This document shows, piece after piece, positions 26,006 to 35,842 of a DNA stretch of 64,000 bases (position 1 is its first letter; every line of letters starts with the position of its first letter). Position numbers and translations under genes: made by a program. This DNA comes from Armatimonadota bacterium (GTDB lineage: Bacteria > Armatimonadota > UBA5829). A model generated the notes under the pieces. That model was given only the letters and a program-made list of their open reading frames with translations, was not told where the DNA came from and searched no databases. The DNA lies in assembly GCA_026392045.1 (NCBI GenBank), contig JAPLCU010000008.1:3867-67866 (forward strand). Direction: 5' to 3'.

Positions 26006-26046
26006 CGCGAATGGCGCGATGTGCGCTGATTTCGCGAAATTCGCGA
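26006..26046 (+). repeat. Leader stem-loop module L (CGCGAATGG-GCGC..GCGC-TGATTTCGCGAAA), copy 1
   Basis: Near-identical 34-nt core at 44417-44450. Both lie 25-35 nt upstream of the start codon of a secreted-protein gene on the same strand. Confidence 0.75.
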
Positions 26047-26071
26047 TTACAATCCAAAAGGAGAAACTAGT

Positions 26072-29000
26072 ATGCGTTCAATGAAACGGAATCTGATGGG
26101 CCCGCTGTGGCTTGCTGCGGGCGTGTGGCTTTTTGTTGTGCCGGCAATTGCGAAAGAACCGGCAGATTTTAAGGACAAGCAATTTTTTGACAACGAAACT
26201 GCCTGGAAAAGTAACGATCCCAAGTTTAATTTTCGGCGGACAGAGCACTTCAGGCTTACCTGGGGTAAAGGCGTCGGCGAGGGTGATGTCAATAACGATT
26301 ATGGCATGATGACTGAAGCGCATGTGCGAGGGATGATGCAGGCGTTGGAGCAGATATGGCATGTGTATCATGATGCTGAGCCAGCAGGACTCGGATATCA
26401 TTTCCCTGGTCTTTCCGGCAACTCAAATAATAAAGACGATAAGCGCTATCGCACAGGTTTTGTTTTCTGTAACACAGGAATATGGGCAGGCGGAGCGTCG
26501 GGTGGTTTGGACGATGCTGGCTATCAGCTTTTTTCCATCAATCCCGGATACACAGAATTTGACCCGGCCACAGGCGCGACCGCGCACGAGTACGGTCATA
26601 CCGCCCAGTCCATAGCAGGCGGCTTAAATAACACCCCTTATGATGGAATGTGGCACGAAGTCGGCGCGAATTGGCTGGACACGCAGTTTTTGGATAATTC
26701 CAGCATCGGCCCGATGGCACATGCGCATTTCCTTTCACTTCCTCACGGCAGAGATTATTACCACTGCTTCCAGATTTGGGAGTATTTCAGAGAACAGCCG
26801 AAATATGGCGCCAAGTTCTTCGACACCATCTGGTCGCAGACCAATGGCAACAAAGACAAGGGTGGCGAGTATATACTTGATGCGATGGTTCGTTTAGACC
26901 CATCGGGCTCACCTGACCCCTATAACCAGGTAAAGGACAACCTCGGCCATGTTGGCGAGCATACTCTGACTTGGGACTTCGAGCGCGGCGTCTTTTGGCG
27001 CGAGCAGGCCCCTCTCACCAGCGATCCCATGGTGGAGAATTACAGGCGCGGCATGTCTGAGCTTATCAGGCGGATGGGCAGCAAAGAATGGTTCAGAGCG
27101 CCGTTCGATCAAGCTCCCAGCCAGGGCGGTTGTGATTGGGTTCCGATCAAGCTGGATGGCAAGACCGAAGGCGGATATGTTGTTAACGTCAACTTCAAGC
27201 CCGCATGGGATGCCACTCGCGGCTCGGATTGGCGCGCCTGTTTTGTGGCCGTCAACGATAGCGGCGAGCCGCGATATTCCAATCAATGGAACTGCGGCGT
27301 GAACTCCATCACCCTTTCGGAGGATGAAAACAAGCTGTATCTGGTTGTGACAGCGGTGCCGGATTTCATAGGTTTCGAGGGTTTCTCTCGGCCATTGATC
27401 TCCGAGGAGATTCTCTTCCCGCAGGCGTATGAGATCGCGTTTGTAGACACTAAAGCGACCGCTTATGAGAGCACATCAGCAGCTAAGCCCGATGGCATTA
27501 CCGGCAAAGCTCATAGCAACGGCGGCGGATTTGTTGCCGATACTGCGAAGGTGGATGCTAGCGCGTATGTCGCCTCGGGCGCGAGGGTTCTCGGCAATGC
27601 TCAGGTTCTGGACAACGCGAGGATCGAAGACTATGCCGTGGTCACGGGAGACGCGATAGTTAAGGATAACGCAGTGATTTCAGGCCATGCGCTGGTTAAA
27701 GACAAGGCGCAGGTTTATGGCAGCGGCAAGGTGCGCGACTGGGCAACTGTGTTGGGTTCTTACAAAGTCTTCGATAACGGCAGAGCGCTTGAGCATGCGT
27801 ATCTTTGCGATAAGGGGCAGCTTCACGAGAATGCCACAATCAAGGGTTCAACTCAAGATTTCGGCAATTGTGATGTCAAAGGCTATGCGATCAAAGATGG
27901 CGACTGCTCCAACGGCGCAAACCTGGATAAATCGGTGCTCATGTGCTGGGTTTGGGGCACCGATCAGGAATACGCAAATGGCAGACCAGACACAGGCGGG
28001 CTATATTGCGGCTACGATTTCGAGAAAACCAGCCCCAACTATGCGCTGGATAAGTTTGGAACTACGCAGGGCTATTTGATGAGCGAGAAACCGATATACT
28101 CTATAACCGAAGACAAATATCTTAACCAAGTCCTGGTTCTCAACGGTAAAGACAAGTATGTTGAGCTAAGAAAAGACATGTTTGACTTCAAAGATATGAC
28201 TATCGCCGCGTGGATTTACCGAGAGGGCGGCGCTGCTAATCAGAAGATTTTTGCGTTTGGCTCGGGCATGGGCAGGCAGATGAGCCTGACAACCAAAGAT
28301 TCATCCGGCAAAGTGAGATTTACCATCAGCGACGGCAAGAATCAACAAGCGTTGGTCAGCGAATCTGATTTTCCGGCCACAACGTGGACGCATGTCGCGG
28401 TAACTCTCAAGGGCGGCAATGGAACACTTTACATAGATGGAAAGCCTGTCGCTACCAGCCCGATCACTATTACTCCTGACGCTCTCCTTGGCCCAAACAC
28501 ACTCGACAGCGGCGACTATGCTTATATTGGACGAGATGCCAAAGGCGGATATTTCCTGGGCTGTTTAGATGACTTTAGAATATATGGTTTCGCGCAGACT
28601 GATGCCGCAATCGCATCGATTGCAGAGCAGGTCAAGATTAGAAAGCCTGCTATCAGCAGCAGCATCCCAACCACCACCATGACGATATCATTCGAAGAGA
28701 AGTCTAAATTCCTCGTGAAGCCAACTGCAATCAGTGATACGGCTGTCACTATGTCTGCCGTCAGAATAAAAGGCGAATCTCATCCTGTGCAGTATTTCTT
28801 TAAGTGCACTTCAGGCAGCGGACACGACAGCGGCTGGATATCAGGAAGCAAATATACGGATTGCGGCCTCAGACCGGGCGCTTCTTATACATACACTGTG
28901 AAGGCAAAACGAGGGGGATATGAGCTTCCAGTATCTGCGGTTATGACCGTCACCACCCCAGACGACAGAGAACCTCCAAAATTTGCCAAAAGCGCATGGG

Positions 29001-29824
29001 AATCTGAGCCGAAAGGCATCAGCGATTCAGCGATCAAGATGGTTGCGGCAAAGGCTGATGATATCAATGCGCTGGTGGAATATAAGTTCACAAGTTCAGA
29101 TAAAAAGACCAGTGGCTGGAAATCCACCCGAACATGGATAGACACCGGCCTCAAGGCGAACCAAAGGTATGAGTATACCGTTCAGGTGAGAGACGGCAGA
29201 GGAAATACCGGCAAGGTTTCAAAGGCTGTTTCTGCGGCAGCAAGAGATAACACTCCGCCCGCAAGGTTCATTAAGGGTGAGTGGCTCACTCGTCCTTATG
29301 CTATGATCGATAACAAAATCGCCCTCAGAGCGAGGCCGGTGCATGCCGATAAGGGCGTCAGCATTGAAGAAAACGAGGTGGAATATTCATTCAAGTGCAT
29401 CAAAGGCGGCGGACCGGACAGCGGCTGGATCGATAAATCTAGTTGGGAGACAACGGTATTGCCGGATGGCGAATACACCTATCAGTTCAGAATGAGGGAC
29501 AAATCACCTCAAAAGAATATGACTGGTCCTTCAAGCGTGATGAGCGTGAAAGTCTCGAACCAGACTGGGTATCACGCTTACAAAGTCAGTGAACTTGCCG
29601 GCTTAGATGAGGGCGCGCTCGCTACTTTCGAGGGTAATGTCAAAGACGCAGCAGCAGACTATTACACCATCGAAGCAGAAGGCGCGAGCATCAACGTTGT
29701 GCCCAAAACCAAAGGCAGCGCGACCGATGCTTCACTAAAAAACACCAATGTGATCATCAGCGGCTGCCTCTGGAAATGCGGCGATGAAATGCGCATTACC
29801 TGGGCTGATGTGAAGCAAAAATAG
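26072..29824 (+). CDS. Secreted 1250-aa multidomain protein: N-terminal HExxH domain, hexapeptide beta-helix, LamG, 3x FN3-like, C-terminal OB-like module
   Basis: Signal peptide. AHEYGHTAQ (HExxH, nt 26584-26598). About 14 hexapeptide repeats (NAQVLD NARIED YAVVTG DAIVKD ...). LamG hallmarks WTHVAVTLKGGNGTLYIDGK and LDDFRIYGF. Three ~85-aa repeats with the YxF.C.SGxGxDSGW pattern. Confidence 0.85.
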   Translation: MRSMKRNLMGPLWLAAGVWLFVVPAIAKEPADFKDKQFFDNETAWKSNDPKFNFRRTEHFRLTWGKGVGEGDVNNDYGMMTEAHVRGMMQALEQIWHVYHDAEPAGLGYHFPGLSGNSNNKDDKRYRTGFVFCNTGIWAGGASGGLDDAGYQLFSINPGYTEFDPATGATAHEYGHTAQSIAGGLNNTPYDGMWHEVGANWLDTQFLDNSSIGPMAHAHFLSLPHGRDYYHCFQIWEYFREQPKYGAKFFDTIWSQTNGNKDKGGEYILDAMVRLDPSGSPDPYNQVKDNLGHVGEHTLTWDFERGVFWREQAPLTSDPMVENYRRGMSELIRRMGSKEWFRAPFDQAPSQGGCDWVPIKLDGKTEGGYVVNVNFKPAWDATRGSDWRACFVAVNDSGEPRYSNQWNCGVNSITLSEDENKLYLVVTAVPDFIGFEGFSRPLISEEILFPQAYEIAFVDTKATAYESTSAAKPDGITGKAHSNGGGFVADTAKVDASAYVASGARVLGNAQVLDNARIEDYAVVTGDAIVKDNAVISGHALVKDKAQVYGSGKVRDWATVLGSYKVFDNGRALEHAYLCDKGQLHENATIKGSTQDFGNCDVKGYAIKDGDCSNGANLDKSVLMCWVWGTDQEYANGRPDTGGLYCGYDFEKTSPNYALDKFGTTQGYLMSEKPIYSITEDKYLNQVLVLNGKDKYVELRKDMFDFKDMTIAAWIYREGGAANQKIFAFGSGMGRQMSLTTKDSSGKVRFTISDGKNQQALVSESDFPATTWTHVAVTLKGGNGTLYIDGKPVATSPITITPDALLGPNTLDSGDYAYIGRDAKGGYFLGCLDDFRIYGFAQTDAAIASIAEQVKIRKPAISSSIPTTTMTISFEEKSKFLVKPTAISDTAVTMSAVRIKGESHPVQYFFKCTSGSGHDSGWISGSKYTDCGLRPGASYTYTVKAKRGGYELPVSAVMTVTTPDDREPPKFAKSAWESEPKGISDSAIKMVAAKADDINALVEYKFTSSDKKTSGWKSTRTWIDTGLKANQRYEYTVQVRDGRGNTGKVSKAVSAAARDNTPPARFIKGEWLTRPYAMIDNKIALRARPVHADKGVSIEENEVEYSFKCIKGGGPDSGWIDKSSWETTVLPDGEYTYQFRMRDKSPQKNMTGPSSVMSVKVSNQTGYHAYKVSELAGLDEGALATFEGNVKDAAADYYTIEAEGASINVVPKTKGSATDASLKNTNVIISGCLWKCGDEMRITWADVKQK

Positions 29825-29836
29825 AGCGTACAGTTC

Positions 29837-29869
29837 GATGCTTCGGCAGAAAAAGCCTGCCGAAGCATC
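29837..29869. repeat. Hairpin (family C-like) GATGCTTCGGCAG-AAAAAGC-CTGCCGAAGCATC between convergent giant genes
   Basis: Perfect 13-bp stem with no flanking T-tract on either strand. It is a possible bidirectional transcription stop. Confidence 0.6.
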
Positions 29870-29924
29870 AAAACCGCTGTTCCCGAAGCATAGCCGGGGT
29901 AAAATTGCGGTGTACCCTTTCGAA

Positions 29925-32900
29925 CTACTGAACAGTTATTGTCTGAGCATAAACCTCATTGTTAGCGCCGTTCTTGATGAGCCAACCGGTTATTACCCCA
30001 TATTTGTTTGCGGCGAACCCGGAAGGAAGCTGCGTGCCATTCGCAAAGACAGTCAATTGGGTTGAGTAGCCATCGCTGATCGTGAATGACAAATTATCTC
30101 CGGCGATAGTTATAACCTTACCCCAAACTTTGACGGCCCTTCCTTGAGCCTTGTTATAAGTTACAGCAGATTTGTTGTTCATACCCGTAAGTTTGGCGAA
30201 CTTGACGGAGATTGTGTGAGGCGCAGTTACATTGGTAAACGTATAACTGCTTGCCGGCATGCAAGAAATGCCATCAACAATAATATCCGATACGGCGTAA
30301 GAGGCGTTTGGCGTGAATGTGAATGTCTGATTTGCCCCATGGTTCACTAACACGGCTCCGCTGGGGCTGATAGCACCTCCGGTTTGCGCCGATGCAGTAA
30401 TCGTATATTTAATCTGATTAAACGCAGCCGAAATCGTATGATTAGCAATCACATTGCTAAATGTATAGGTGCTGACTGCGCCTTTGGATACACCATCGGC
30501 CACCACATTCGCGATGGTATAGCCTGTGTTTGGCGTTATGGTGTATGTTTGATTGGTTTTGTAGCTGACCTGCGTCACCCCGCTCGGGCTGATTGTGCCT
30601 CCCGTTGGGGTAGCAGCAGTTATGAAGTAGCTCATGAACTTGTTGTAAAGGTCGGTTTCCAATTGCAGCCGTTCGGGGTCGGTCAGCGTCACCTTATAGA
30701 CAAAAATGTCACCGATATTGCCGTTGAAAGTTGGCCATGAGTCCGGGTTGTTGCGTCCCACGTTGATATGATTGGCATAAGCGCCGGCAACACTCGGAAC
30801 CAGTCCGGGGCCGGTTGCGGACATGTCACTGGTGGATGTCCTACTCATGACCTCAGTGCCGTTAGCATAGACTTTGTATTTGCCATCTGTCTGCACAACC
30901 AGGCTGAGGATTGTGATCTGACCATCAGGAATAGCCGTCGAGCCCACGTCCAAGCTGCCGTTGCGCCGCACATTGACGTAGCCAGTGTTGTTCTGCAAAC
31001 CCAAAACAAGGCGATCGTAAAAAATGTCTACGACGGATCGCCAGTTGCCCGAGTCTGCGCTGCGAGTAGGTTTTACAGCTACAACAATGGTCGCGCCATT
31101 GATAGGGATTGCTGCCGAATAGGTTCCGAGGTCAAAACCATCGTAATCGGCATAAAGATTCTTCTCCCACTTAATGCCATTGATTATATCAACCGTTGGA
31201 GTGTTCATCTTTGTGAGCGTACCGCCCGCTGGGAGATAGGTTGCCCAGGTTGCAATGGTTCCGCTCGCAGGCAATATATCGGTTACACACGAGAACAGCA
31301 AATCCGCCGTCCTGGGAATATTTCTGGTGTTAGAAGCCAGCGTAAGGTCGATTCCAGTTACGTCCACACCTGTAACGACAGCAGTTTTATCCGCCGACGG
31401 ATAGTAGGCAGCGCCCGATGCGCACACATACCATGTTCCGATTGGAACCGGCTGGTTGTAGTTGCCCAAGGCATCCGTAGTTGCGGTGAATAACGGGCTT
31501 GAAAATGCATTCGGTGAGGTAGAGAAATAGACGGATGCCCCCGAGATGGCTGTACCGTCGCTTCGCTTGGTAACCTTACCGGATATTTTCGCACTGCTTT
31601 CCAGCGTAAAGTTGACATTGGAGATATTGGCTCCGTTGACGGCTCTTATCAGGTCTGCAGAAGTGTTATATGCGCCAGCTCCAGCGCAGATATACCATGT
31701 TGATGGGTTTGGCAACGCCTTGCTATAGTTTCCAGATGCGTCTGTTGTTGCGGTTACAATATAGTTTACCGAGGCATTTGCAGCATCGGAGAAGTAAACT
31801 GTAGCGCCCGAAATACCCACGCCGCTGGAGTTTGTGACTTTGCCAGAGATAGTATATGTGGCCGGGTTGCTTAGGAATGTGAGGGTGGCGGTTGTGACCA
31901 GCCTCGCCCCGCTCAAGGTGAACATATGGCCTTTAATGGTGTAATTCTTAAGCACATAGGTGGGTTCGGTCGCTGCGTGAGGCTTGACCTTAATCCAGTT
32001 GCCGCTGAGGAGGTCTTTGACGATATAGTTGTCGGTATTAACTCGCATTATCGTGCCGCTGAAAGTGACGAGATACTCATCAGGAACGGTTACAAGCGAA
32101 TTTAGAGCGTAGCTGTGGTAGCCGGTAGTTGGGCCTACGACCGCTGTCTGAATGCTGGAATAGGGCGTCTCGTTCCACTGAGCAGATTTGTCTCTGATCT
32201 TGAACTGATAGCTGTAAGCGCCGTCTGCCACAGCAGACGGTGATGTCCATAAGCTCGTGCTGACCCAGCCGCTGTCCGGTCCGCCGCCGCTTGTGCAATG
32301 GAAGTAATACTCCACTGTTTCGTTTGCGATGTTGCATGAAAGAATGTGACCACCGGTTATTGAGCGCGCTCTCATGGCTACTTTATTGTCTATGGTAGCC
32401 CAGGGCATTGAGCACCATTCGCCGTATGTATAACGGACGGGCGGAGTGTCATCCCTGGCTGGCGCGGACGATACAGCGGACACCGTGCCAGTGTTGCTAT
32501 AGGCATCTCTCATTTGAACGGTATAGCTGTAAGTTGTTCCAGAGGTCAGAGAGGTGTCTGTCCATGTGGGGTTAGTCTGCCAGCCGCTGCTGGCAAGTAT
32601 TGTTCCGCCAGGCAGGAGGACTCTGTTGAAATTATACTCTACCAAGGGACTTTCATCGACGCCCATTGTAGCTGTCATTGCGATGGCGGTCGTGCTGATG
32701 CCCTTAGGCGGCAGCAGGAATGTTGCCACGCTGGGTGTGGGAGCGGTTGTATCAGCGGGTAAAGTCACGCTCAAAGCCGATGATGCGGTTGTCGTGTTGC
32801 CTGCCTTATCCCGCATTTTGACCGTATATGCGTAGGTTGTGCCCGGAGTGAGGGCGCTGTCGAAGTATTTGTTGGATGAAGTCCAGCCGCTATCGTGCCC

Positions 32901-35615
32901 GCCGCCAGATGTGCAGGTGAAATAGTATTGAATGTAGTTGCTTGCATCCGCACCCTTGGTTGCAGACATTGTAACTGAGGTTGCGTTATTTACTTTTGGC
33001 GCAACCAGCCAGGTTGCGGCGTTTGGCGTAGGCGCGGTGGTGTCGGTAGTGGTTGTGACAGTCCCACCAGCAAGCGTTTGAAGCGCAGTTATTTCGGTAG
33101 TTGTCAGAGCTTTGCAGTAGATTCTGAAATCATCTATCTGACCGGTGAAATAGTTGCCCGCGTTGCCTTTGCATAAAAAGTTTAGATTGCCTGCGCCTGA
33201 TATGTTCGCGCCATTGCAGTCATCCGGGTTTAGGGTCATGCTTGCATTGGCGGCGACCTGCACGCCGTTTACATACATTGTTCCGGTGTCGCCCGACAGC
33301 GTTACCGTCACATGCTTCCAAGTGTTTGCTGGTAAAGCCGCAGCGGTAAGAGTCTGCTCACCCGCCACGCCTGTAGTTGTAATGGCAAACTTCAGATTGC
33401 CGCCAGCATCGGATGGCGTGAGCGTTACATATTTGTTTGCGCCATCGCCGAATGAGAATACCTTCTCGTCTGCTGCGCCGTTCCATTTGATCCAAAGCGC
33501 GAAAGAGCAATCGTCAAAGTCTGAAACGCCGTTCATCAGTTCAATGTACTGGCTTGTTCCGTTAAGAAACAAAACGCTGCCGCGGTTTGTGGCTCCGCCG
33601 TTCACGATACTTGGGCTGCCTATGAGATACCCGTAGGTGATGCCGTATTCATCCAACGCATAGTTGGGGCTGGTTTTGTCAAAGTCATACCCGCAGTAGA
33701 GATAGGCATTATCCGTGAGTGCGTTCGCACGGTCCTGGTTGGCGCCCCAGACCCAGCCCATGAGAACCCCATGGTCCATATCGGCATAATTTGAGCAGTC
33801 GGCATCTTTGATCGCGCAGCCGCTGACATTCGGATAGTCTCCAGATGCCGGGTTGAACTCCCACGTGCAGCCTTTGATGACCGCATCCCCATGAATCAGC
33901 GTGTCATCGGATATATATCCGTGCTCAATCACGCGGCCATTTTCGTAGACTTTGGATCTGCTGTTAACCATAGCCCAGTCTCGAACCTTTGCATAGCCGT
34001 AGACCTGCGCGCTGTCTCTTACAATGGCGTGTCCGCTGACGATAGCATTGTCTCTAACCTGAGCCGTTGAATAAACAACCGCATAGTCTTCAATCCTAGC
34101 ATTGCCAAGGACCTTTGCTGTGTCGTAGACAGCAGCATTAGGACCCACATAAGCAGTCGCGTCAACGGTCGCTGTGTTGGCTTTGAATCCGCCGCCGTTG
34201 GCATGATGTGTGTGGGCAACATTTGGCAGGTTCGGTATAATCAGGTAAGGTGTTGCGGCTGTATTCACGAAAGCAACTCGATATGCCTGCGGTGCAGTCG
34301 GCGCATCGGTCATAAGAGGGCCGTTGAAGCCGTTAAACGCCTGAAAATCAGGAGTCGCCGAAACAACCAGGTAAAGTATGTTTTCATCAGCAGACAAAGT
34401 GATTGTGTTGATGCCGCTGTTCCACATATTGCTGTAGCGGGCTTCTCCACCAGTGTTGACGGCCACAAAACAAGCGCGCCAGTCGGATTTTCTGACCGAA
34501 TCCCAGAGCGGCTGGAAATCAATACTCACCGAGTAGCCGCCCGTTGTTTTGCCGGTAAGCGCAATCGGACAAATATCGTAACCGCCCTGGCAAGGCGCAT
34601 GCTGGAAAGGCGTTCTGTACCAACCCGGATTTCCAGGCTGCGCTACAAGTTCAGAAGTGCCTCGTCTGAGGCGGTCATTAGACGGGCTACCATCGAGCGT
34701 ATATCCCGTAGTCAGGCGATAGTATTGCTTGCCTTGATAATCCCAGGTGACATTGCGCGCGGCCATCATTCCCAGCAGGTCTTTGATTGAATTGGTCGGG
34801 TCAGGCTCACCGGCAGGATGCAGCCTTACAATCGCGTCAAACATGTATTCCCCCGAGCTGCCGTTTGCTTGAGTCCAGAGTTTGGTGATGAAATCGGTTC
34901 CATAGCGCGGGTCTTCATACAGAATCTCGTCCCACAGCCAGGCATCATAGTAGGCGCGGCCGTTTGGAAGTGTGAAGTTATGTTGTATAGCATAGCCGCC
35001 CATTCCGGCATACCAATAAGATGGCACACCCAGCCAGTCTATAGTGCATTCGTGCCACATGCCGTCCCACGGCGTATTATTGAAACCGGCTGCGTTTATG
35101 ACCACGGTATGCAAATATTCGTGAAAGCTGGCATCTGGTTGGGGATCATAGTGCAGACCGGCAGGGTTTACGGCAAACCATGGGAAACCGTAGTCATCCA
35201 AGGTCCCCCAGCCACCGCCCGCATAGATGCCTGTGTTGTTAAGAGTGAGGTTAGTGCGATAAAATCTACCATCACGATAGGTCGCATTTATAGACTCGTT
35301 CGCCTGGCGGAAACCTACACCTCCCGGAGGAGCATCGAATGTGGCGTGCCACTCGTGCTCAAAGGCTTGCAAGTTACCCTGTATCAGCGCCTCGGTCACC
35401 GAGTTATACTCGGAACTTGTATCCGGGTTTTGCCCATTGCCCCATACAAACCGGAAATGCTCTGATCTGCGCACATTCAGGGTAGGATCGGTGTTGGACC
35501 AGATGTATTCGTTATCATAGAAAACTTGGGCGCTAGCTGATCCGCAAATAACCAATAGAAATAGGGCGAACATCGCCCGCGCCAGATTCGAAATGCCAAG
35601 CCTGTTTGCTACCAT
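29925..35615 (-). CDS. Secreted 1896-aa paralogue: HExxH domain, hexapeptide beta-helix, LamG, 3x FN3-like, 2x CarboxypepD_reg-like, second LamG, 2x InlB-B-repeat-like, OB-like module
   Basis: The N-terminal ~1150 aa are colinear with 26072-29824. Examples: RRSEHFRFVWGNG vs RRTEHFRLTWGKG; FHEYLHT (nt 35109-35123); ARIEDYAVV in both; IDDFRIYCKAL. Extra modules include ISGKVTNSSGVGISGATVYF. Confidence 0.85.
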   Translation of the reverse strand: MVANRLGISNLARAMFALFLLVICGSASAQVFYDNEYIWSNTDPTLNVRRSEHFRFVWGNGQNPDTSSEYNSVTEALIQGNLQAFEHEWHATFDAPPGGVGFRQANESINATYRDGRFYRTNLTLNNTGIYAGGGWGTLDDYGFPWFAVNPAGLHYDPQPDASFHEYLHTVVINAAGFNNTPWDGMWHECTIDWLGVPSYWYAGMGGYAIQHNFTLPNGRAYYDAWLWDEILYEDPRYGTDFITKLWTQANGSSGEYMFDAIVRLHPAGEPDPTNSIKDLLGMMAARNVTWDYQGKQYYRLTTGYTLDGSPSNDRLRRGTSELVAQPGNPGWYRTPFQHAPCQGGYDICPIALTGKTTGGYSVSIDFQPLWDSVRKSDWRACFVAVNTGGEARYSNMWNSGINTITLSADENILYLVVSATPDFQAFNGFNGPLMTDAPTAPQAYRVAFVNTAATPYLIIPNLPNVAHTHHANGGGFKANTATVDATAYVGPNAAVYDTAKVLGNARIEDYAVVYSTAQVRDNAIVSGHAIVRDSAQVYGYAKVRDWAMVNSRSKVYENGRVIEHGYISDDTLIHGDAVIKGCTWEFNPASGDYPNVSGCAIKDADCSNYADMDHGVLMGWVWGANQDRANALTDNAYLYCGYDFDKTSPNYALDEYGITYGYLIGSPSIVNGGATNRGSVLFLNGTSQYIELMNGVSDFDDCSFALWIKWNGAADEKVFSFGDGANKYVTLTPSDAGGNLKFAITTTGVAGEQTLTAAALPANTWKHVTVTLSGDTGTMYVNGVQVAANASMTLNPDDCNGANISGAGNLNFLCKGNAGNYFTGQIDDFRIYCKALTTTEITALQTLAGGTVTTTTDTTAPTPNAATWLVAPKVNNATSVTMSATKGADASNYIQYYFTCTSGGGHDSGWTSSNKYFDSALTPGTTYAYTVKMRDKAGNTTTASSALSVTLPADTTAPTPSVATFLLPPKGISTTAIAMTATMGVDESPLVEYNFNRVLLPGGTILASSGWQTNPTWTDTSLTSGTTYSYTVQMRDAYSNTGTVSAVSSAPARDDTPPVRYTYGEWCSMPWATIDNKVAMRARSITGGHILSCNIANETVEYYFHCTSGGGPDSGWVSTSLWTSPSAVADGAYSYQFKIRDKSAQWNETPYSSIQTAVVGPTTGYHSYALNSLVTVPDEYLVTFSGTIMRVNTDNYIVKDLLSGNWIKVKPHAATEPTYVLKNYTIKGHMFTLSGARLVTTATLTFLSNPATYTISGKVTNSSGVGISGATVYFSDAANASVNYIVTATTDASGNYSKALPNPSTWYICAGAGAYNTSADLIRAVNGANISNVNFTLESSAKISGKVTKRSDGTAISGASVYFSTSPNAFSSPLFTATTDALGNYNQPVPIGTWYVCASGAAYYPSADKTAVVTGVDVTGIDLTLASNTRNIPRTADLLFSCVTDILPASGTIATWATYLPAGGTLTKMNTPTVDIINGIKWEKNLYADYDGFDLGTYSAAIPINGATIVVAVKPTRSADSGNWRSVVDIFYDRLVLGLQNNTGYVNVRRNGSLDVGSTAIPDGQITILSLVVQTDGKYKVYANGTEVMSRTSTSDMSATGPGLVPSVAGAYANHINVGRNNPDSWPTFNGNIGDIFVYKVTLTDPERLQLETDLYNKFMSYFITAATPTGGTISPSGVTQVSYKTNQTYTITPNTGYTIANVVADGVSKGAVSTYTFSNVIANHTISAAFNQIKYTITASAQTGGAISPSGAVLVNHGANQTFTFTPNASYAVSDIIVDGISCMPASSYTFTNVTAPHTISVKFAKLTGMNNKSAVTYNKAQGRAVKVWGKVITIAGDNLSFTISDGYSTQLTVFANGTQLPSGFAANKYGVITGWLIKNGANNEVYAQTITVQ

Positions 35616-35734
35616 TTGTAATCCCTCTTCTCACGCGCATTTTAGCGCTACTTGGAATATACCATGTAAATGAGAGTTTGGCAATTGCACTTTTGCTGTT
35701 GTTATGTGCAGTATTATGTACTTCAGCTCCAGTT

Positions 35735-35814
35735 GCTTCGGTATCCTGATGCCGAAGCCGTCCAGTTGCATCATTATCCTGATTCCAGTTGCTTTGGTGT
35801 CCTGATGCCGAAGC
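35735..35814. repeat. Two copies of hairpin family C (GCTTYGGTRTCCTGATGCCGAAGC) in a ~55-bp direct repeat
   Basis: The copies at 35735-35758 and 35791-35814 are each embedded in CCAGTTGCTT..GCCGAAGCCGTC. A third copy lies at 7936-7959. Located 3' of the Type IIG gene. Confidence 0.85.
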
Positions 35815-35842
35815 CGTCGCCGCAGTCGACGAGACCCCACGT

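Noticed and set aside
29837-29869. Canonical rho-independent terminators at the family-C/B/A hairpins (29837-29869, 35735-35814, 1470-1558, 39101-39128)
   Set aside because: The stems are strong but lack the 3' U-tract on the relevant strand, so they are annotated as repeats. Only 16151-16200 and 24562-24599 have hairpin-plus-T-run architecture.
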